A DNA stretch of 64,000 bases from Eledone cirrhosa. Taxonomy: Eukaryota. The translations under genes were made by a program, and so were the position numbers. The notes beneath the pieces were generated by a model that searched no databases, had not been told where the DNA came from, and saw only the letters and a list, made by a program, of their open reading frames with translations. Below are positions 28,939 to 45,200 of the stretch, one piece after another (position 1 is the stretch's first letter; the number at the start of each line of letters is the position of its first letter). The stretch lies in the NCBI GenBank assembly GCA_964016885.1, contig OZ024743.1, positions 333,622,001 to 333,686,000 on the forward strand, read 5' to 3'.

Positions 28939-31900
28939 CTGTTGACCAATACTGTCATTATTGTCTACTACTGTTGACCAATACTGTCATTGTCTACTAC
29001 TGTTGACCAATACTTACATTATTGTCTACAACTGTTGATCAATACTGTCAATATTGTCTACTACTGTTGACCAATACTTTCATTATTGTCTACTACTGTT
29101 GACCAATACTGTCATTATTGTCTACTCTGTTGATCAATACTGTCATTATTGTCTACTTCTGTTGACCAATACTGTCATTATTGTCTACTGTTGACCAATA
29201 CTGTCATTATTGTCTACTACTGTTGACCAATACTGTCATTATTGTCTACTACTGTTGACCAATACTGTCATTATTGTCTACTTCTGTTGATCAATACTGT
29301 CATTATTGTCTACTACTGTTGACCAATACTGTCATTATTGTCTACTACTGTTGACCAATACTTTCATTATTGTCTACTACTGTTGACCAATAATGTCATT
29401 ATTCTCTACTACTGTTGACCAATACTTTCATTATTGACTACTACTGTTGACCAATACTTTCATTATTGTCTACTACTGTTGACCAATATCTTCATTATTG
29501 TCTACTACTGTTGACCAATACTGTCCTTATTCTCTACTACTGTTGACCAATACTTTCATTATTGTCTACTTCTGTTGACCAATACTGTCATTATTGTCTA
29601 CTACTGCTGACCAATAATGTCATTATTGTCAACTACTGTTGACCAATACTGTTATTATTGTCTACTTCTGTTGACCAATACTGTCATTATTCTCTACTAC
29701 TGTTGACCAATAATGTCATTATTCTCTACTACTGTTGACCAATACTGTCATTATTGTCTACTACTGTTGACCAATACTTTCATTATTGTCTCCTACTGTT
29801 GACCAATACTGTCATTGTCTACTACTGTTGACCAATAATGTCATTATTGACTACTACTGTTGACCAATACTGTCATATATGTCTACTACTGTAGACCAAT
29901 ACTGTCATTATTGTCTACTACTGTTGACCAATACTTACATTATTGTCTACAACTGTTGATCAATACTTTCATTGTCTACTACTGTTGACCAATACTGTCA
30001 ATATTGTCTACTACTGTTGACCAATAATGTCATTATTGTCTACTACTGTTGACCAATACTGGCATTATTGTCTACTTCTGTTGATCAATACTTTCATTAT
30101 TGACTACTACTGTTGACCAATACTGTCATTATTGTCTACTACTGTTGACCAATACTGTCATTATTGTCTACTACTGTTGACCAATAGTGTCATTATTGTC
30201 TACTACTGTTGACCAATACTGTCATTATTGTCCACTTCTGTTGACCAATACTGTCATTATTGTCTACTACTGTTGACCAATACTGTATATTATTGTCTAC
30301 TAATGTTGACCAATACTTTCATTATTGTCTACTACTGTTGACCAATACTGTCATTATTGTCTACTACTGTTGACCAATTCTGTCATTATTGTCTACTACT
30401 GTTGACCAATACTTTCTTTATTGTCTACTACTGTTGACCAATATCTTCATTATTGTCTACTACTGTTGACCAATACTGTCCTTATTCTCTACTACTGTTG
30501 ACCAATACTTTCATTATTGTCTACTTCTGTTGACCAATACTGTCATTATTGTCTACTACTACTGACCAATAATGTCATTATTGTCAACTACTGTTGACCA
30601 ATACTGTTATTATTGTCTACTTCTGTTGACCAATACTGTCATTATTGTCTACTACTGTTGACCAATAATGTCATTATTCTCTACTACTGTTGACCAATAC
30701 TGTCATTATTGTCTACTAATGTTGACCAATACTTTCATTATTGTCTCCTACTGTTGACCAATACTGTCATTGTCTACTACTGTTGACCAATAATGTCATT
30801 ATTCTCTACTACTGTTGAAAAATACTTTCATTATTGACTACTACTGTTGACCAATACTGTCATATATGTCTACTACTGTTGACCAATACTGTCATTATTG
30901 TCTACTACTGTTGACCAATACTTACATTACTGTCTACAACTGTTGATCAATACTTTCATTATTGTCTACTTCTGTTGACCAATACTGTCATTATTGTCTA
31001 CTACTGCTGACCAATAATGTCATTATTGTCAACTACTGTTGACCAATACTGTTATTATTGTCTACTTCTGTTGACCAATACTGTCATTATTGTCTACTAC
31101 TGTTGACCAATACTGTCATTATTGTCTACTTCTGTTGATCAATACTGTCATTATTGTCTACTACTGTTGACCAATACTGTCATTATTGTCTACTACTGTT
31201 GACCAATACTTTCATTATTGTCTACTACTGTTGACCAATAATGTCATTATTCTCTACTACTGTTGACCAATACTTACATTATTGTCTACAACTGTTGATC
31301 AATACTGTCAATATTGTCTACTACTGTTGACCAATACTGTCATTATTGTCTACTACTGTTGACCAATACTTAAATTATTGTCTACAACTGTTGATCAATA
31401 CTGTCAATATTGTCTACTACTGTTGACCAATACTGTCATTGTCTACTACTGTTGACCAATACTGTCATTATTGTCTACTACTGTTGACCAATATGGCATT
31501 GTCTACTACTGTTGACCAATACTGTCATTATTCTCTACTACTGTTGACCAACACTGTCATTGTCTACTACTGTTGACCAATACTGTCATTATTGGCTACT
31601 ACTGTTGACCAATACTGTCATTGTCTACTACTGTTGACCAATACTGTCATTATTGTCTACTACTGTTGACCAATACTGTCATTATTGTCTACTTCTGTTG
31701 ACCAATACTGTCATTATTGTCTACTACTGTTGACCAATACTGTCATTATTGTCTACTTCTGTTGACCAATAATGTCATTATTGTCTACTACTGTTGATCA
31801 ATACTTTCATTATTGACTACTACTGTTGACCAATACTGTCATTATTGTCTACTACTGTTGACCAATACTGTTATTATAGTCTACTTCTGTTGACCTATAC

Positions 31901-34900
31901 TGTCATTATTGTCTACTTCTGTTGACCAATAATGTCATTATTGTCTACTACTGTTGACCAATACTGTCATTATTGTCTACTACTGTTGACCAATACTGTC
32001 ATTATTGTCTACTTCTGTTGACCAATACTTTCATTATTGTCTACTACTGTTGACCAATACTGTCATTATTGTCTACTTCTGTTGACCAATAATGTCATTA
32101 TTGTCTACTACTGTTGATCAATACTTTCATTATTGACTACTACTGTTGACCAATACTGTCATTATTGTCTACTACTGTTGACCAATACTGTTATTATTGT
32201 CTACTTCTGTTGACCAATACTGTCATTATTGTCTACTACTGTTGACCAATACTGTCATTGTCTACTACTGTTGACCAATACTTACATTATTGTCTACAAC
32301 TGTTGATCAATACTGTCAATATTGTCTACTACTGTTGACCAATACTTTCATTATTGTCTACTACTGTTGACCAATACTGTCATTATTGTCTACTCTGTTG
32401 ATCAATACTGTCATTATTGTCTACTTCTGTTGACCAATACTGTCATTATTGTCTACTGTTGACCAATACTGTCATTATTGTCTACTACTGTTGACCAATA
32501 CTGTCATTATTGTCTACTACTGTTGACCAATACTGTCATTATTGTCTACTTCTGTTGATCAATACTGTCATTATTGTCTACTACTGTTGACCAATACTGT
32601 CATTATTGTCTACTACTGTTGACCAATACTTTCATTATTGTCTACTACTGTTGACCAATAATGTCATTATTCTCTACTACTGTTGACCAATACTTTCATT
32701 ATTGACTACTACTGTTGACCAATACTTTCATTATTGTCTACTACTGTTGACCAATATCTTCATTATTGTCTACTACTGTTGACCAATACTGTCCTTATTC
32801 TCTACTACTGTTGACCAATACTTTCATTATTGTCTACTTCTGTTGACCAATACTGTCATTATTGTCTACTACTGCTGACCAATAATGTCATTATTGTCAA
32901 CTACTGTTGACCAATACTGTTATTATTGTCTACTTCTGTTGACCAATACTGTCATTATTCTCTACTACTGTTGACCAATAATGTCATTATTCTCTACTAC
33001 TGTTGACCAATACTGTCATTATTGTCTACTACTGTTGACCAATACTTTCATTATTGTCTCCTACTGTTGACCAATACTGTCATTGTCTACTACTGTTGAC
33101 CAATAATGTCATTATTGACTACTACTGTTGACCAATACTGTCATATATGTCTACTACTGTAGACCAATACTGTCATTATTGTCTACTACTGTTGACCAAT
33201 ACTTACATTATTGTCTACAACTGTTGATCAATACTTTCATTGTCTACTACTGTTGACCAATACTGTCAATATTGTCTACTACTGTTGACCAATAATGTCA
33301 TTATTGTCTACTACTGTTGACCAATACTGGCATTATTGTCTACTTCTGTTGATCAATACTTTCATTATTGACTACTACTGTTGACCAATACTGTCATTAT
33401 TGTCTACTACTGTTGACCAATACTGTCATTATTGTCTACTACTGTTGACCAATAGTGTCATTATTGTCTACTACTGTTGACCAATACTGTCATTATTGTC
33501 CACTTCTGTTGACCAATACTGTCATTATTGTCTACTACTGTTGACCAATACTGTATATTATTGTCTACTAATGTTGACCAATACTTTCATTATTGTCTAC
33601 TACTGTTGACCAATACTGTCATTATTGTCTACTACTGTTGACCAATTCTGTCATTATTGTCTACTACTGTTGACCAATACTTTCTTTATTGTCTACTACT
33701 GTTGACCAATATCTTCATTATTGTCTACTACTGTTGACCAATACTGTCCTTATTCTCTACTACTGTTGACCAATACTTTCATTATTGTCTACTTCTGTTG
33801 ACCAATACTGTCATTATTGTCTACTACTACTGACCAATAATGTCATTATTGTCAACTACTGTTGACCAATACTGTTATTATTGTCTACTTCTGTTGACCA
33901 ATACTGTCATTATTGTCTACTACTGTTGACCAATAATGTCATTATTCTCTACTACTGTTGACCAATACTGTCATTATTGTCTACTAATGTTGACCAATAC
34001 TTTCATTATTGTCTCCTACTGTTGACCAATACTGTCATTGTCTACTACTGTTGACCAATAATGTCATTATTCTCTACTACTGTTGAAAAATACTTTCATT
34101 ATTGACTACTACTGTTGACCAATACTGTCATATATGTCTACTACTGTTGACCAATACTGTCATTATTGTCTACTACTGTTGACCAATACTTACATTACTG
34201 TCTACAACTGTTGATCAATACTTTCATTATTGTCTACTTCTGTTGACCAATACTGTCATTATTGTCTACTACTGCTGACCAATAATGTCATTATTGTCAA
34301 CTACTGTTGACCAATACTGTTATTATTGTCTACTTCTGTTGACCAATACTGTCATTATTGTCTACTACTGTTGACCAATACTGTCATTATTGTCTACTTC
34401 TGTTGATCAATACTGTCATTATTGTCTACTACTGTTGACCAATACTGTCATTATTGTCTACTACTGTTGACCAATACTTTCATTATTGTCTACTACTGTT
34501 GACCAATAATGTCATTATTCTCTACTACTGTTGACCAATACTTACATTATTGTCTACAACTGTTGATCAATACTGTCAATATTGTCTACTACTGTTGACC
34601 AATACTGTCATTATTGTCTACTACTGTTGACCAATACTTAAATTATTGTCTACAACTGTTGATCAATACTGTCAATATTGTCTACTACTGTTGACCAATA
34701 CTGTCATTGTCTACTACTGTTGACCAATACTGTCATTATTGTCTACTACTGTTGACCAATATGGCATTGTCTACTACTGTTGACCAATACTGTCATTATT
34801 CTCTACTACTGTTGACCAACACTGTCATTGTCTACTACTGTTGACCAATACTGTCATTATTGGCTACTACTGTTGACCAATACTGTCATTGTCTACTACT

Positions 34901-35483
34901 GTTGACCAATACTGTCATTATTGTCTACTACTGTTGACCAATACTGTCATTATTGTCTACTTCTGTTGACCAATACTGTCATTATTGTCTACTACTGTTG
35001 ACCAATACTGTCATTATTGTCTACTTCTGTTGACCAATAATGTCATTATTGTCTACTACTGTTGATCAATACTTTCATTATTGACTACTACTGTTGACCA
35101 ATACTGTCATTATTGTCTACTACTGTTGACCAATACTGTTATTATAGTCTACTTCTGTTGACCTATACTGTCATTATTGTCTACTTCTGTTGACCAATAA
35201 TGTCATTATTGTCTACTACTGTTGACCAATACTGTCATTATTGTCTACTACTGTTGACCAATACTGTCATTATTGTCTACTTCTGTTGACCAATACTTTC
35301 ATTATTGTCTACTACTGTTGACCAATACTGTCATTATTGTCTACTTCTGTTGACCAATAATGTCATTATTGTCTACTACTGTTGATCAATACTTTCATTA
35401 TTGACTACTACTGTTGACCAATACTGTCATTATTGTCTACTACTGTTGACCAATACTGTTATTATTGTCTACTTCTGTTGACC
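28939..35483. repeat. Tandem duplication with a 3268-bp unit, apparently perfect
   Basis: Private variants GTAGACC at 29891/33159, TGAAAAAT at 30816/34084 and CCAACACT at ~31550/34818. ACTGGCATT, TTTCTTTA and CATTACTGT were each seen only twice, at this offset. Confidence 0.93.
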
Positions 35484-38400
35484 TATACTGTCATTATTGT
35501 CTACTTCTGTTGACCAATAATGTCATTATTGTCTACTACTGTTGACCAATACTGTCAATATTGCCTACTACTGTTGACCTATACTGTCATTATTGTCCAC
35601 TTCTGTTGACCAATACTGTCATTATTGTCTACTACTGTTGACCAATACTGTCATTATTGTCTACTACTGTTGACCAATACTGTCATTATTGTCTACTACT
35701 GTTGACCAATACTGTCATTGTCTACTACTGTTGACCAATACTTACATTATTGTCTACAACTGTTGATCAATACTGTCAATATTGTCTACTACTGTTGACC
35801 AATACTTTCATTATTGTCTACTACTGTTGACCAATACTGTCATTATTGTCTACTCTGTTGATCAATACTGTCATTATTGTCTACTTCTGTTGACCAATAC
35901 TGTCATTATTGTCTACTGTTGACCAATACTGTCATTATTGTCTACTACTGTTGACCAATACTGTCATTATTGTCTACTTCTGTTGACCAATACTGTCATT
36001 ATTGTCCACTTCTGTTGACCAATACTGTCATTATTGTCTACTACTGTTGACCAATACTGTATATTATTGTCTACTAGTGTTGACCAATACTTTCATTATT
36101 GTCTACTACTGTTGACCAATACTGTCATTATTGTCTACTACTGTTGACCAATTCTGTCATTATTGTCTACTACAGTTGACCAATACTTTCATTATTGTCT
36201 ACTACTGTTGACCAATATCTTCATTATTGTCTACTACTGTTGATCAATACTGTCCTTATTCTCTACTACTGTTGACCAATACTGTTATTATTGTCTACTT
36301 CTGTTGACCAATACTGTCATTATTCTCTACTACTGTTGACCAATAATGTCATTATTCTCTACTACTGTTGACCAATACTGTCATTATTGTCTACTACTGT
36401 TGACCAATACTTTCATTATTGTCTCCTACTGTTGACCAATACTGTCATTGTCTACTACTGTTGACCAATAATGTCATTATTCTCTACTACTGTTGACCAA
36501 TACTTTCATTATTGACTACTACTGTTGACCAATACTGTCATATATGTCTACTACTGTTGACCAATACTGTCATTATTGTCTACTGTTGACCAATACTTAC
36601 ATTATTATCTACAACTGTTGATCAATACTTTCATTGTCTACTACTGTTGACCAATACTGTCAATATTGTCTACTACTGTTGACCAATAATGTCATTATTG
36701 TCTACTACTGTTGACCAATACTGTCATTATTGTCTACTTCTGTTGATCAATACTGTCATTATTGTCTACTACTGTTGACCAATACTGTCATTATTGTCTA
36801 CTACTGTTGACCAATACTTTCATTATTGTCTACTACTGTTGACCAATAATGTCATTATTCTCTACTACTGTTGACCAATACTTTCATTATTGACTACTAC
36901 TGTTGACCAATACTGTCATTATTGTCTACTATTGTTGACCAATACTGTCATTATTGTCTACTACTGTTGACCAATAGTGTCATTATTGTCTACTACTGTT
37001 GACCAATACTGTCATTATTGTCCACTTCTGTTGACCAATACTGTCATTATTGTCTACTACTGTTGACCAATACTGTATATTATTGTCTACTAGTGTTGAC
37101 CAATACTTTCATTATTGTCTACTACTGTTGACCAATACTGTCATTATTGTCTACTACTGTTGACCAATTCTGTCATTATTGTCTACTACTGTTGACCAAT
37201 ACTTTCATTATTGTCTACTACTGTTGACCAATATCTTCATTATTGTCTACTACTGTTGACCAATACTGTCCTTATTCTCTACTACTGTTGACCAATACTT
37301 TCATTATTGTCTACTTCTGTTGACCAATACTGTCATTATTGTCTACTACTACTGACCAATAATGTCATTATTGTCAACTACTGTTGACCAATACTGTTAT
37401 TATTGTCTACTTCTGTTGACCAATACTGTCATTATTGTCTACTACTGTTGACCAATAATGTCATTATTCTCTACTACTGTTGACCAATACTGTCATTATT
37501 GTCTACTACTGTTGACCAATACTTTCATTATTGTCTCCTACTGTTGACCAATACTGTCATTGTCTACTACTGTTGACCAATAATGTCATTATTCTCTACT
37601 ACTGTTGAACAATACTTTCATTATTGACTACTACTGTTGACCAATACTGTCATATATGTCTACTACTGTTGACCAATACTGTCATTATTGTCTACTACTG
37701 TTGACCAATACTTACATTATTGTCTACAACTGTTGATCAATACTTTCATTATTGTCTACTTCTGTTGACCAATACTGTCATTATTGTCTACTACTGCTGA
37801 CCAATAATGTCATTATTGTCTACTTCTGTTGATCAATACTGTCATTATTGTCTACTACTGTTGACCAATACTGTCATTATTGTCTACTACTGTTGACCAA
37901 TACTTTCATTATTGTCTACTACAGTTGACCAATAATGTCATTATTCTCTACTACTGTTGACCAATACTTACATTATTGTCTACAACTGTTGATCAATACT
38001 GTCAATATTGTCTACTACTGTTGACCAATACTGTCATTATTGTCTACTACTGTTGACCAATACTTAAATTATTGTCTACAACTGTTGATCAATACTGTCA
38101 ATATTGTCTACTACTGTTGACCAATACTGTCATTGTCTACTACTGTTGACCAATACTGTCATTATTGTCTACTTCTGTTGACCAATACTGTTATTATTGT
38201 CTACTACTGTTGACCAATACTGTCATTATTGTCTACTACTGTTGACCAATATCTTCATTATTGTCTACTACTGTTGACCAATACTGTCCTTATTCTCTAC
38301 TACTGTTGACCAATACTTTCATTATTGTCTACTTCTGTTGACCAATACTGTCATTATTGTCTACTACTGCTGACCAATAATGTCATTATTGTCAACTACT

Positions 38401-41400
38401 GTTGACCAATACTGTCATTATTGTCTACTACTGTTGACCAATACTTTCATTATTGTCTCCTACTGTTGACCAATACTGTCATTGTCTACTACTGTTGACC
38501 AATAATGTCATTATTCTCTACTACTGTTGACCAATACTTTCATTATTGACTACTACTGTTGACCAATACTGTCATTATTGTCTACTACTGTTGACCAATA
38601 CTGTCATTATTGTCTACTACTGTTGACCAATACTTACATTATTGTCTACAACTGTTGATCAATACTTTCATTGTCTACTACTGTTGACCAATACTGTCAT
38701 TATTGTCTACTTCTGTTGATCAATACTGTCATTATTGTCTACTACTGTTGACCAATACTGTCATTATTGTCTACTACTGTTGACCAATACTTTCATTATT
38801 GTCTACTACTGTTGACCAATAATGTCATTATTCTCTACTACTGTTGACCAATACTTTCATTATTGACTACTACTGTTGACCAATACTGTCATTATTGTCT
38901 ACTACTGTTGACCAATACTGTCATTGTCTACTTCTGTTGACCAATACTGTCATTATTGTCTACTACTGTTGACCAATACTTACATTATTGTCTACAACTG
39001 TTGATCAATACTGTCAATATTGTCTACTACTGTTGACCAATACTGTAATTATTGTCTACTACTGTTGACCAATACTGTCATTGTCTACTACTGTTGACCA
39101 ATACTGTCATTATTGTCTACTTCTGTTGACCAATACTGTTATTATTGTCTACTACTGTTGACCAATACTGTCATTATTGTCTACTACTGTTGACCAATAC
39201 TTTCATTATTGCCTACTACTGTTGACCAATACTGTCATTATTGTCTACTACTGTTGACCAATACTGTCATTATTGTCTACTACTGTTGATCAATACTGTC
39301 ATTATTGTCTACTTCTGTTGACCAATACTGTCATTATTGTCTACTACTGTTGACCAATACTGTCATTATTGTCTACTACTGTTGACCAATACTGTCATTA
39401 TTGTCTACTACTGTTGACCAATACTTAAATTATTGTCTACAACTGTTGATCAATACTGTCAATATTGTCTACTACTGTTGACCAATACTGTCATTGTCTA
39501 CTACTGTTGACCAATACTGTCATTATTGTCTACTTCTGTTGACCAATACTGTTATTATTGTCTACTACTGTTGACCAATACTGTCATTATTGTCTACTAC
39601 TGTTGACCAATACATTCATTATTGCCTACTACTGTTGACCAATACTGTCATTATTGTCTACTACTGTTGACCAATACTGTCATTATTGTCTACTACTGTT
39701 GATCAATACTGTCATTATTGTCTACTTCTGTTGACCAATACTGTCATTATTGTCTACTACTGTTGACCAATACTGTCATTATTGTCTACTACTGTTGACC
39801 AATACTTTCATTATTGTCTACTACTGTTGATCAATACTGTCATTATTCTCTACTACTGTTGACCAATACTGTCTTTATTGTCTACTTCTGTTGACCAATA
39901 CTGTCCTTATTCTCTACTACTGTTGACCAATACTTTCATTATTGTCTACTTCTGTTGACCAATACTGTCATTATTGTCTACTACTGTTGACCAATACTGT
40001 CTTTATTGTCTACTACTGTTGACCAATACTGTCATTATTGTCTACTTCTGTTGACCAATACTGTCATTATTGTCTACTACTGTTGACCAATACTGTCATT
40101 ATTGTTTACTACTGTTGACCAATACTTTCATTATTGTCTACTACTGTTGACCAATACTGTCATTATTGTCTACTTCTGTTGATCAATACTGTCATTATTC
40201 TCTACTACTGTTGACCAATAGTCATTATTGTCTACTTCTGTTGACCAATACTCTCCTTATTCTCTACTACTGTTGACCAATACTTTCATTGTTGTCTACT
40301 ACTGTTGACCAATACTGTCATTATTGTCTACTACTGTTGACCAATACTGTCATTATTGTCTACTTCTGTTGACCAATACTGTCATTATTGTCTACTACTG
40401 TTGACCAATACTGTCATTATTGTCTACTTCTGTTGACCAATAATGTCATTATTGTCTACTACTGTTGATCAATACTTTCATTATTGACTACTACTGTTGA
40501 CCAATACTGTCATTATTGTCTACTACTGTTGACCAATACTTTCATTATTGTCTACTACTGTTGACAAATACTGTCATTATTGTCTACTTCTGTTGACCAA
40601 TACTGTCATTATTGTCTACTTCTGTTGACCAATACTGTCATTATTGTCTACTACTGTTGACCAATACTGTCATTATTGTCTACTACTGTTGACCAATACT
40701 GTCATTATTGTCTACTACTGTTGACCAATACTGTCATTATTGTCCACATCTGTTGACCAATACTGTCATTATTTTCTACTACTGTTGACCAATACTGTAT
40801 ATTATTGTCTACTACTGTTGACCAATATCTTCATTATTGTCTACTACTGTTGACCAATACTGTCCTTATTCTCTACTACTGTTGACCAATACTTTCATTA
40901 TTGTCTACTTCTGTTGACCAATACTGTCATTATTGTCTACTACTGCTGACCAATAATGTCATTATTGTCAACTACTGTTGACCAATACTGTTATTATTGT
41001 CTACTTCTGTTGACCAATACTGTCATTATTCTCTACTACTGTTGACCAATAATGTCATTATTCTCTACTACTGTTGACCAATACTGTCATTATTGTCTAC
41101 TACTGTTGACCAATACTTTCATTATTGTCTCCTACTGTTGACCAATACTGTCATTGTCTACTACTGTTGACCAATAATGTCATTATTCTCTACTACTGTT
41201 GACCAATACTTTCATTATTGACTACTACTGTTGACCAATACTGTCATATATGTCTACTACTGTTGACCAATACTGTCATTATTGTCTACTACTGTTGACC
41301 AATACTTACATTATTGTCTACAACTGTTGATCAATACTTTCATTGTCTACTACTGTTGACCAATACTGTCAATATTGTCTACTACTGTTGACCAATAATG

Positions 41401-42269
41401 TCATTATTGTCTACTACTGTTGACCAATACTGTCATTATTGTCTACTTCTGTTGATCAATACTGTCATTATTGTCTACTACTGTTGACCAATACTGTCAT
41501 TATTGTCTACTACTGTTGACCAATACTTTCATTATTGTCTACTACTGTTGACCAATAATGTCATTATTCTCTACTACTGTTGACCAATACTTTCATTATT
41601 GACTACTACTGTTGACCAATACTGTCATTATTGTCTACTACTGTTGACCAATACTGTCATTATTGTCTACTTCTGTTGACCAATACTGTCATTATTGTCT
41701 ACTACTGTTGACCAATACTTACATTATTGTCTACAACTGTTGATCAATACTGTCAATATGGTCTACTACTGTTGACCAATACTGTAATTATTGTCTACTA
41801 CTGTTGACCAATACTGTCATTGTCTACTACTGTTGACCAATACTGTCATTATTGTCTACTTCTGTTGACCAATACTGTTATTATTGTCTACTACTGTTGA
41901 CCAATACTGTCATTATTGTCTACTACTGTTGACCAATACTTTCATTATTGCCTACTACTGTTGACCAATACTGTCATTATTGTCTACTACTGTTGACCAA
42001 TACTGTCATTATTGTCTACTACTGTTGATCAATACTGTCATTATTGTCTACTTCTGTTGACCAATACTGTCATTATTGTCTACTACTGTTGACCAATACT
42101 GTCATTATTGTCTACTACTGTTGACCAATACTTTCATTATTGTCTACTACTGTTGATCAATACTGTCATTATTCTCTACTACTGTTGACCAATACTGTCT
42201 TTATTGTCTACTTCTGTTGACCAATAATGTCCTTATTCTCTACTACTGTTGACCAATACTTTCATTATT

Positions 42270-45200
42270 GTCTACTTCTGTTGACCAATACTGTCATTAT
42301 TGTCTACTACTGTTGACCAATACTGTCTTTATTGTCTACTACTGTTGACCAATACTGTCATTATTGTCTACTTCTGTTGACCAATACTGTCATTATTGTC
42401 TACTACTGTTGACCAATACTGTCATTATTGTTTACTACTGTTGACCAATACTTTCATTATTGTCTACTACTGTTGACCAATACTGTCATTATTGTCTACT
42501 TCTGTTGATCAATACTGTCATTATTCTCTACTACTGTTGACCAATAGTCATTATTGTCTACTTCTGTTGACCAATACTGTCCTTATTCTCTACTACTGTT
42601 GACCAATACTTTCATTATTGTCTACTACTGTTGACCAATACTGTCATTATTGTCTACTACTGTTGACCAATACTGTCATTATTGTCTACTTCTGTTGACC
42701 AATACTGTCATTATTGTCTACTACTGTTGACCAATACTGTCATTATTGTCTACTTCTGTTGACCAATAATGTCATTATTGTCTACTACTGTTGATCAATA
42801 CTTTCATTATTGACTACTACTGTTGACCAATACTGTCATTATTGTCTACTACTGTTGACCAATACTTTCATTATTGTCTACTACTGTTGACCAATACTGT
42901 CATTATTGTCTACTTCTGTTGACCAATACTGTCATTATTGTCTACTTCTGTTGACCAATACTGTCATTATTGTCTACTACTGTTGACCAATACTGTCATT
43001 ATTGTCTACTACTGTTGACCAATACTGTCATTATTGTCTACTACTGTTGACCAATACTGTCATTATTGTCTACTTCTGTTGACCAATACTGTCATTATTG
43101 TCTACTACTGTTGACCAATACTGTATATTATTGTCTACTAGTGTTGACCAATACTTTCATTATTGTCTACTACTGTTGACCAATACTGTCATTATTGTCT
43201 ACTACTGTTGACCAATTCTGTCATTATTGTCTAGTACTGTTGACCAATACTTTCATTATTGTCTACTACTGTTGACCAATATCTTCATTATTGTCTACTA
43301 CTGTTGACCAATACTGTCCTTATTCTCTACTACTGTTGACCAATACTTTCATTATTGTCTACTTCTGTTGACCAATACTGTCATTATTGTCTACTACTGC
43401 TGACCAATAATGTCATTATTGTCAACTACTGTTGACCAATACTGTTATTATTGTCTACTTCTGTTGACCAATACTGTCATTATTCTCTACTACTGTTGAC
43501 CAATAATGTCATTATTCTCTACTACTGTTGACCAATACTGTCATTATTGTCTACTACTGTTGACCAATACTTTCATTATTGTCTCCTACTGTTGACCAAT
43601 ACTGTCATTGTCTACTACTGTTGACCAATAATGTCATTATTCTCTACTACTGTTGACCAATACTTTCATTATTGACTACTACTGTTGACCAATACTGTCA
43701 TATATGTCTACTACTGTTGACCAATACTGTCATTATTGTCTACTACTGTTGACCAATACTTACATTATTGTCTACAACTGTTGATCAATACTTTCATTGT
43801 CTACTACTGTTGACCAATACTGTCAATATTGTCTACTACTCTTGACCAATAATGTCATTATTGTCTACTGTTGACCAATACTGTCATTATTGTCTACTTC
43901 TGTTGATCAATACTGTCATTATTGTCTACTACTGTTGACCAATACTGTCATTATTGTCTACTACTGTTGACCAATACTTTCATTATTGTCTACTACTGTT
44001 GACCAATAATGTCATTATTCTCTACTACTGTTGACCAATACTTTCATTATTGACTACTACTGTTGACCAATACTGTCATTATTGTCTACTACTGTTGACC
44101 AATACTGTCATTATTGTCTACTTCTGTTGACCAATACTGTCATTATTGTCTACTACTGTTGACCAATACTTACATTATTGTCTACAACTGTTGATCAATA
44201 CTGTCAATATTGTCTACTACTGTTGACCAATACTGTCATTATTGTCTACTACTGTTGACCAATACTGTCATTGTCTACTACTGTTGACCAATACTGTCAT
44301 TATTGTCTACTTCTGTTGACCAATACTGTTATTATTGTCTACTACTGTTGACCAATACTGTCATTATTGTCTACTACTGTTGACCAATACTTTCATTATT
44401 GCCTACTACTGTTGACCAATACTGTCATTATTGTCTACTACTGTTGACCAATACTGTCATTATTGTCTACTACTGTTGACCAATACTTTCATTATTGTCT
44501 ACTATTGTTGATCAATACTGTCATTATTCTCTACTACTGTTGACCAATACTGTCTTTATTGTCTACTTCTGTTGACCAATACTGTCCTTATTCTCTACTT
44601 CTGTTGACCAATACTTTCATTATTGTCTACTTCTGTTGACCAATACTGTCATAATTGTCTACTACTGTTGACCAATACTGTCTTTATTGTCTACTACTGT
44701 TGACCAATACTGTCATTATTGTCTACTTCTGTTGACCAATACTGTCATTATTGTCTACTACTGTTGACCAATACTGTCATTATTGTTTACTACTGTTGAC
44801 CAATACTTTCATTATTGTCTACTACTGTTGACCAATACTGTCATTATTGTCTACTTCTGTTGATCAATACTGTCATTATTCTCTACTACTGTTGACCAAT
44901 AGTCATTATTGTCTACTTCTGTTGACCAATACTGTCCATATTCTCTACTACTGTTGACCAATACTTTCATTATTGTCTACTACTGTTGACCAATACTGTC
45001 ATTATTGTCTACTACTGTTGACCAATACTGTCATTATTGTCTACTACTGTTGACCAATACTGTCATTATTGTCTACTTCTGTTGACCAATAATGTCATTA
45101 TTGTCTACTACTATTGATCAATACTTTCATTATTGACTACTACTGTTGACCAATACTGTCATTATTGTCTACTACTGTTGACCAATACTGTTATTATTGT

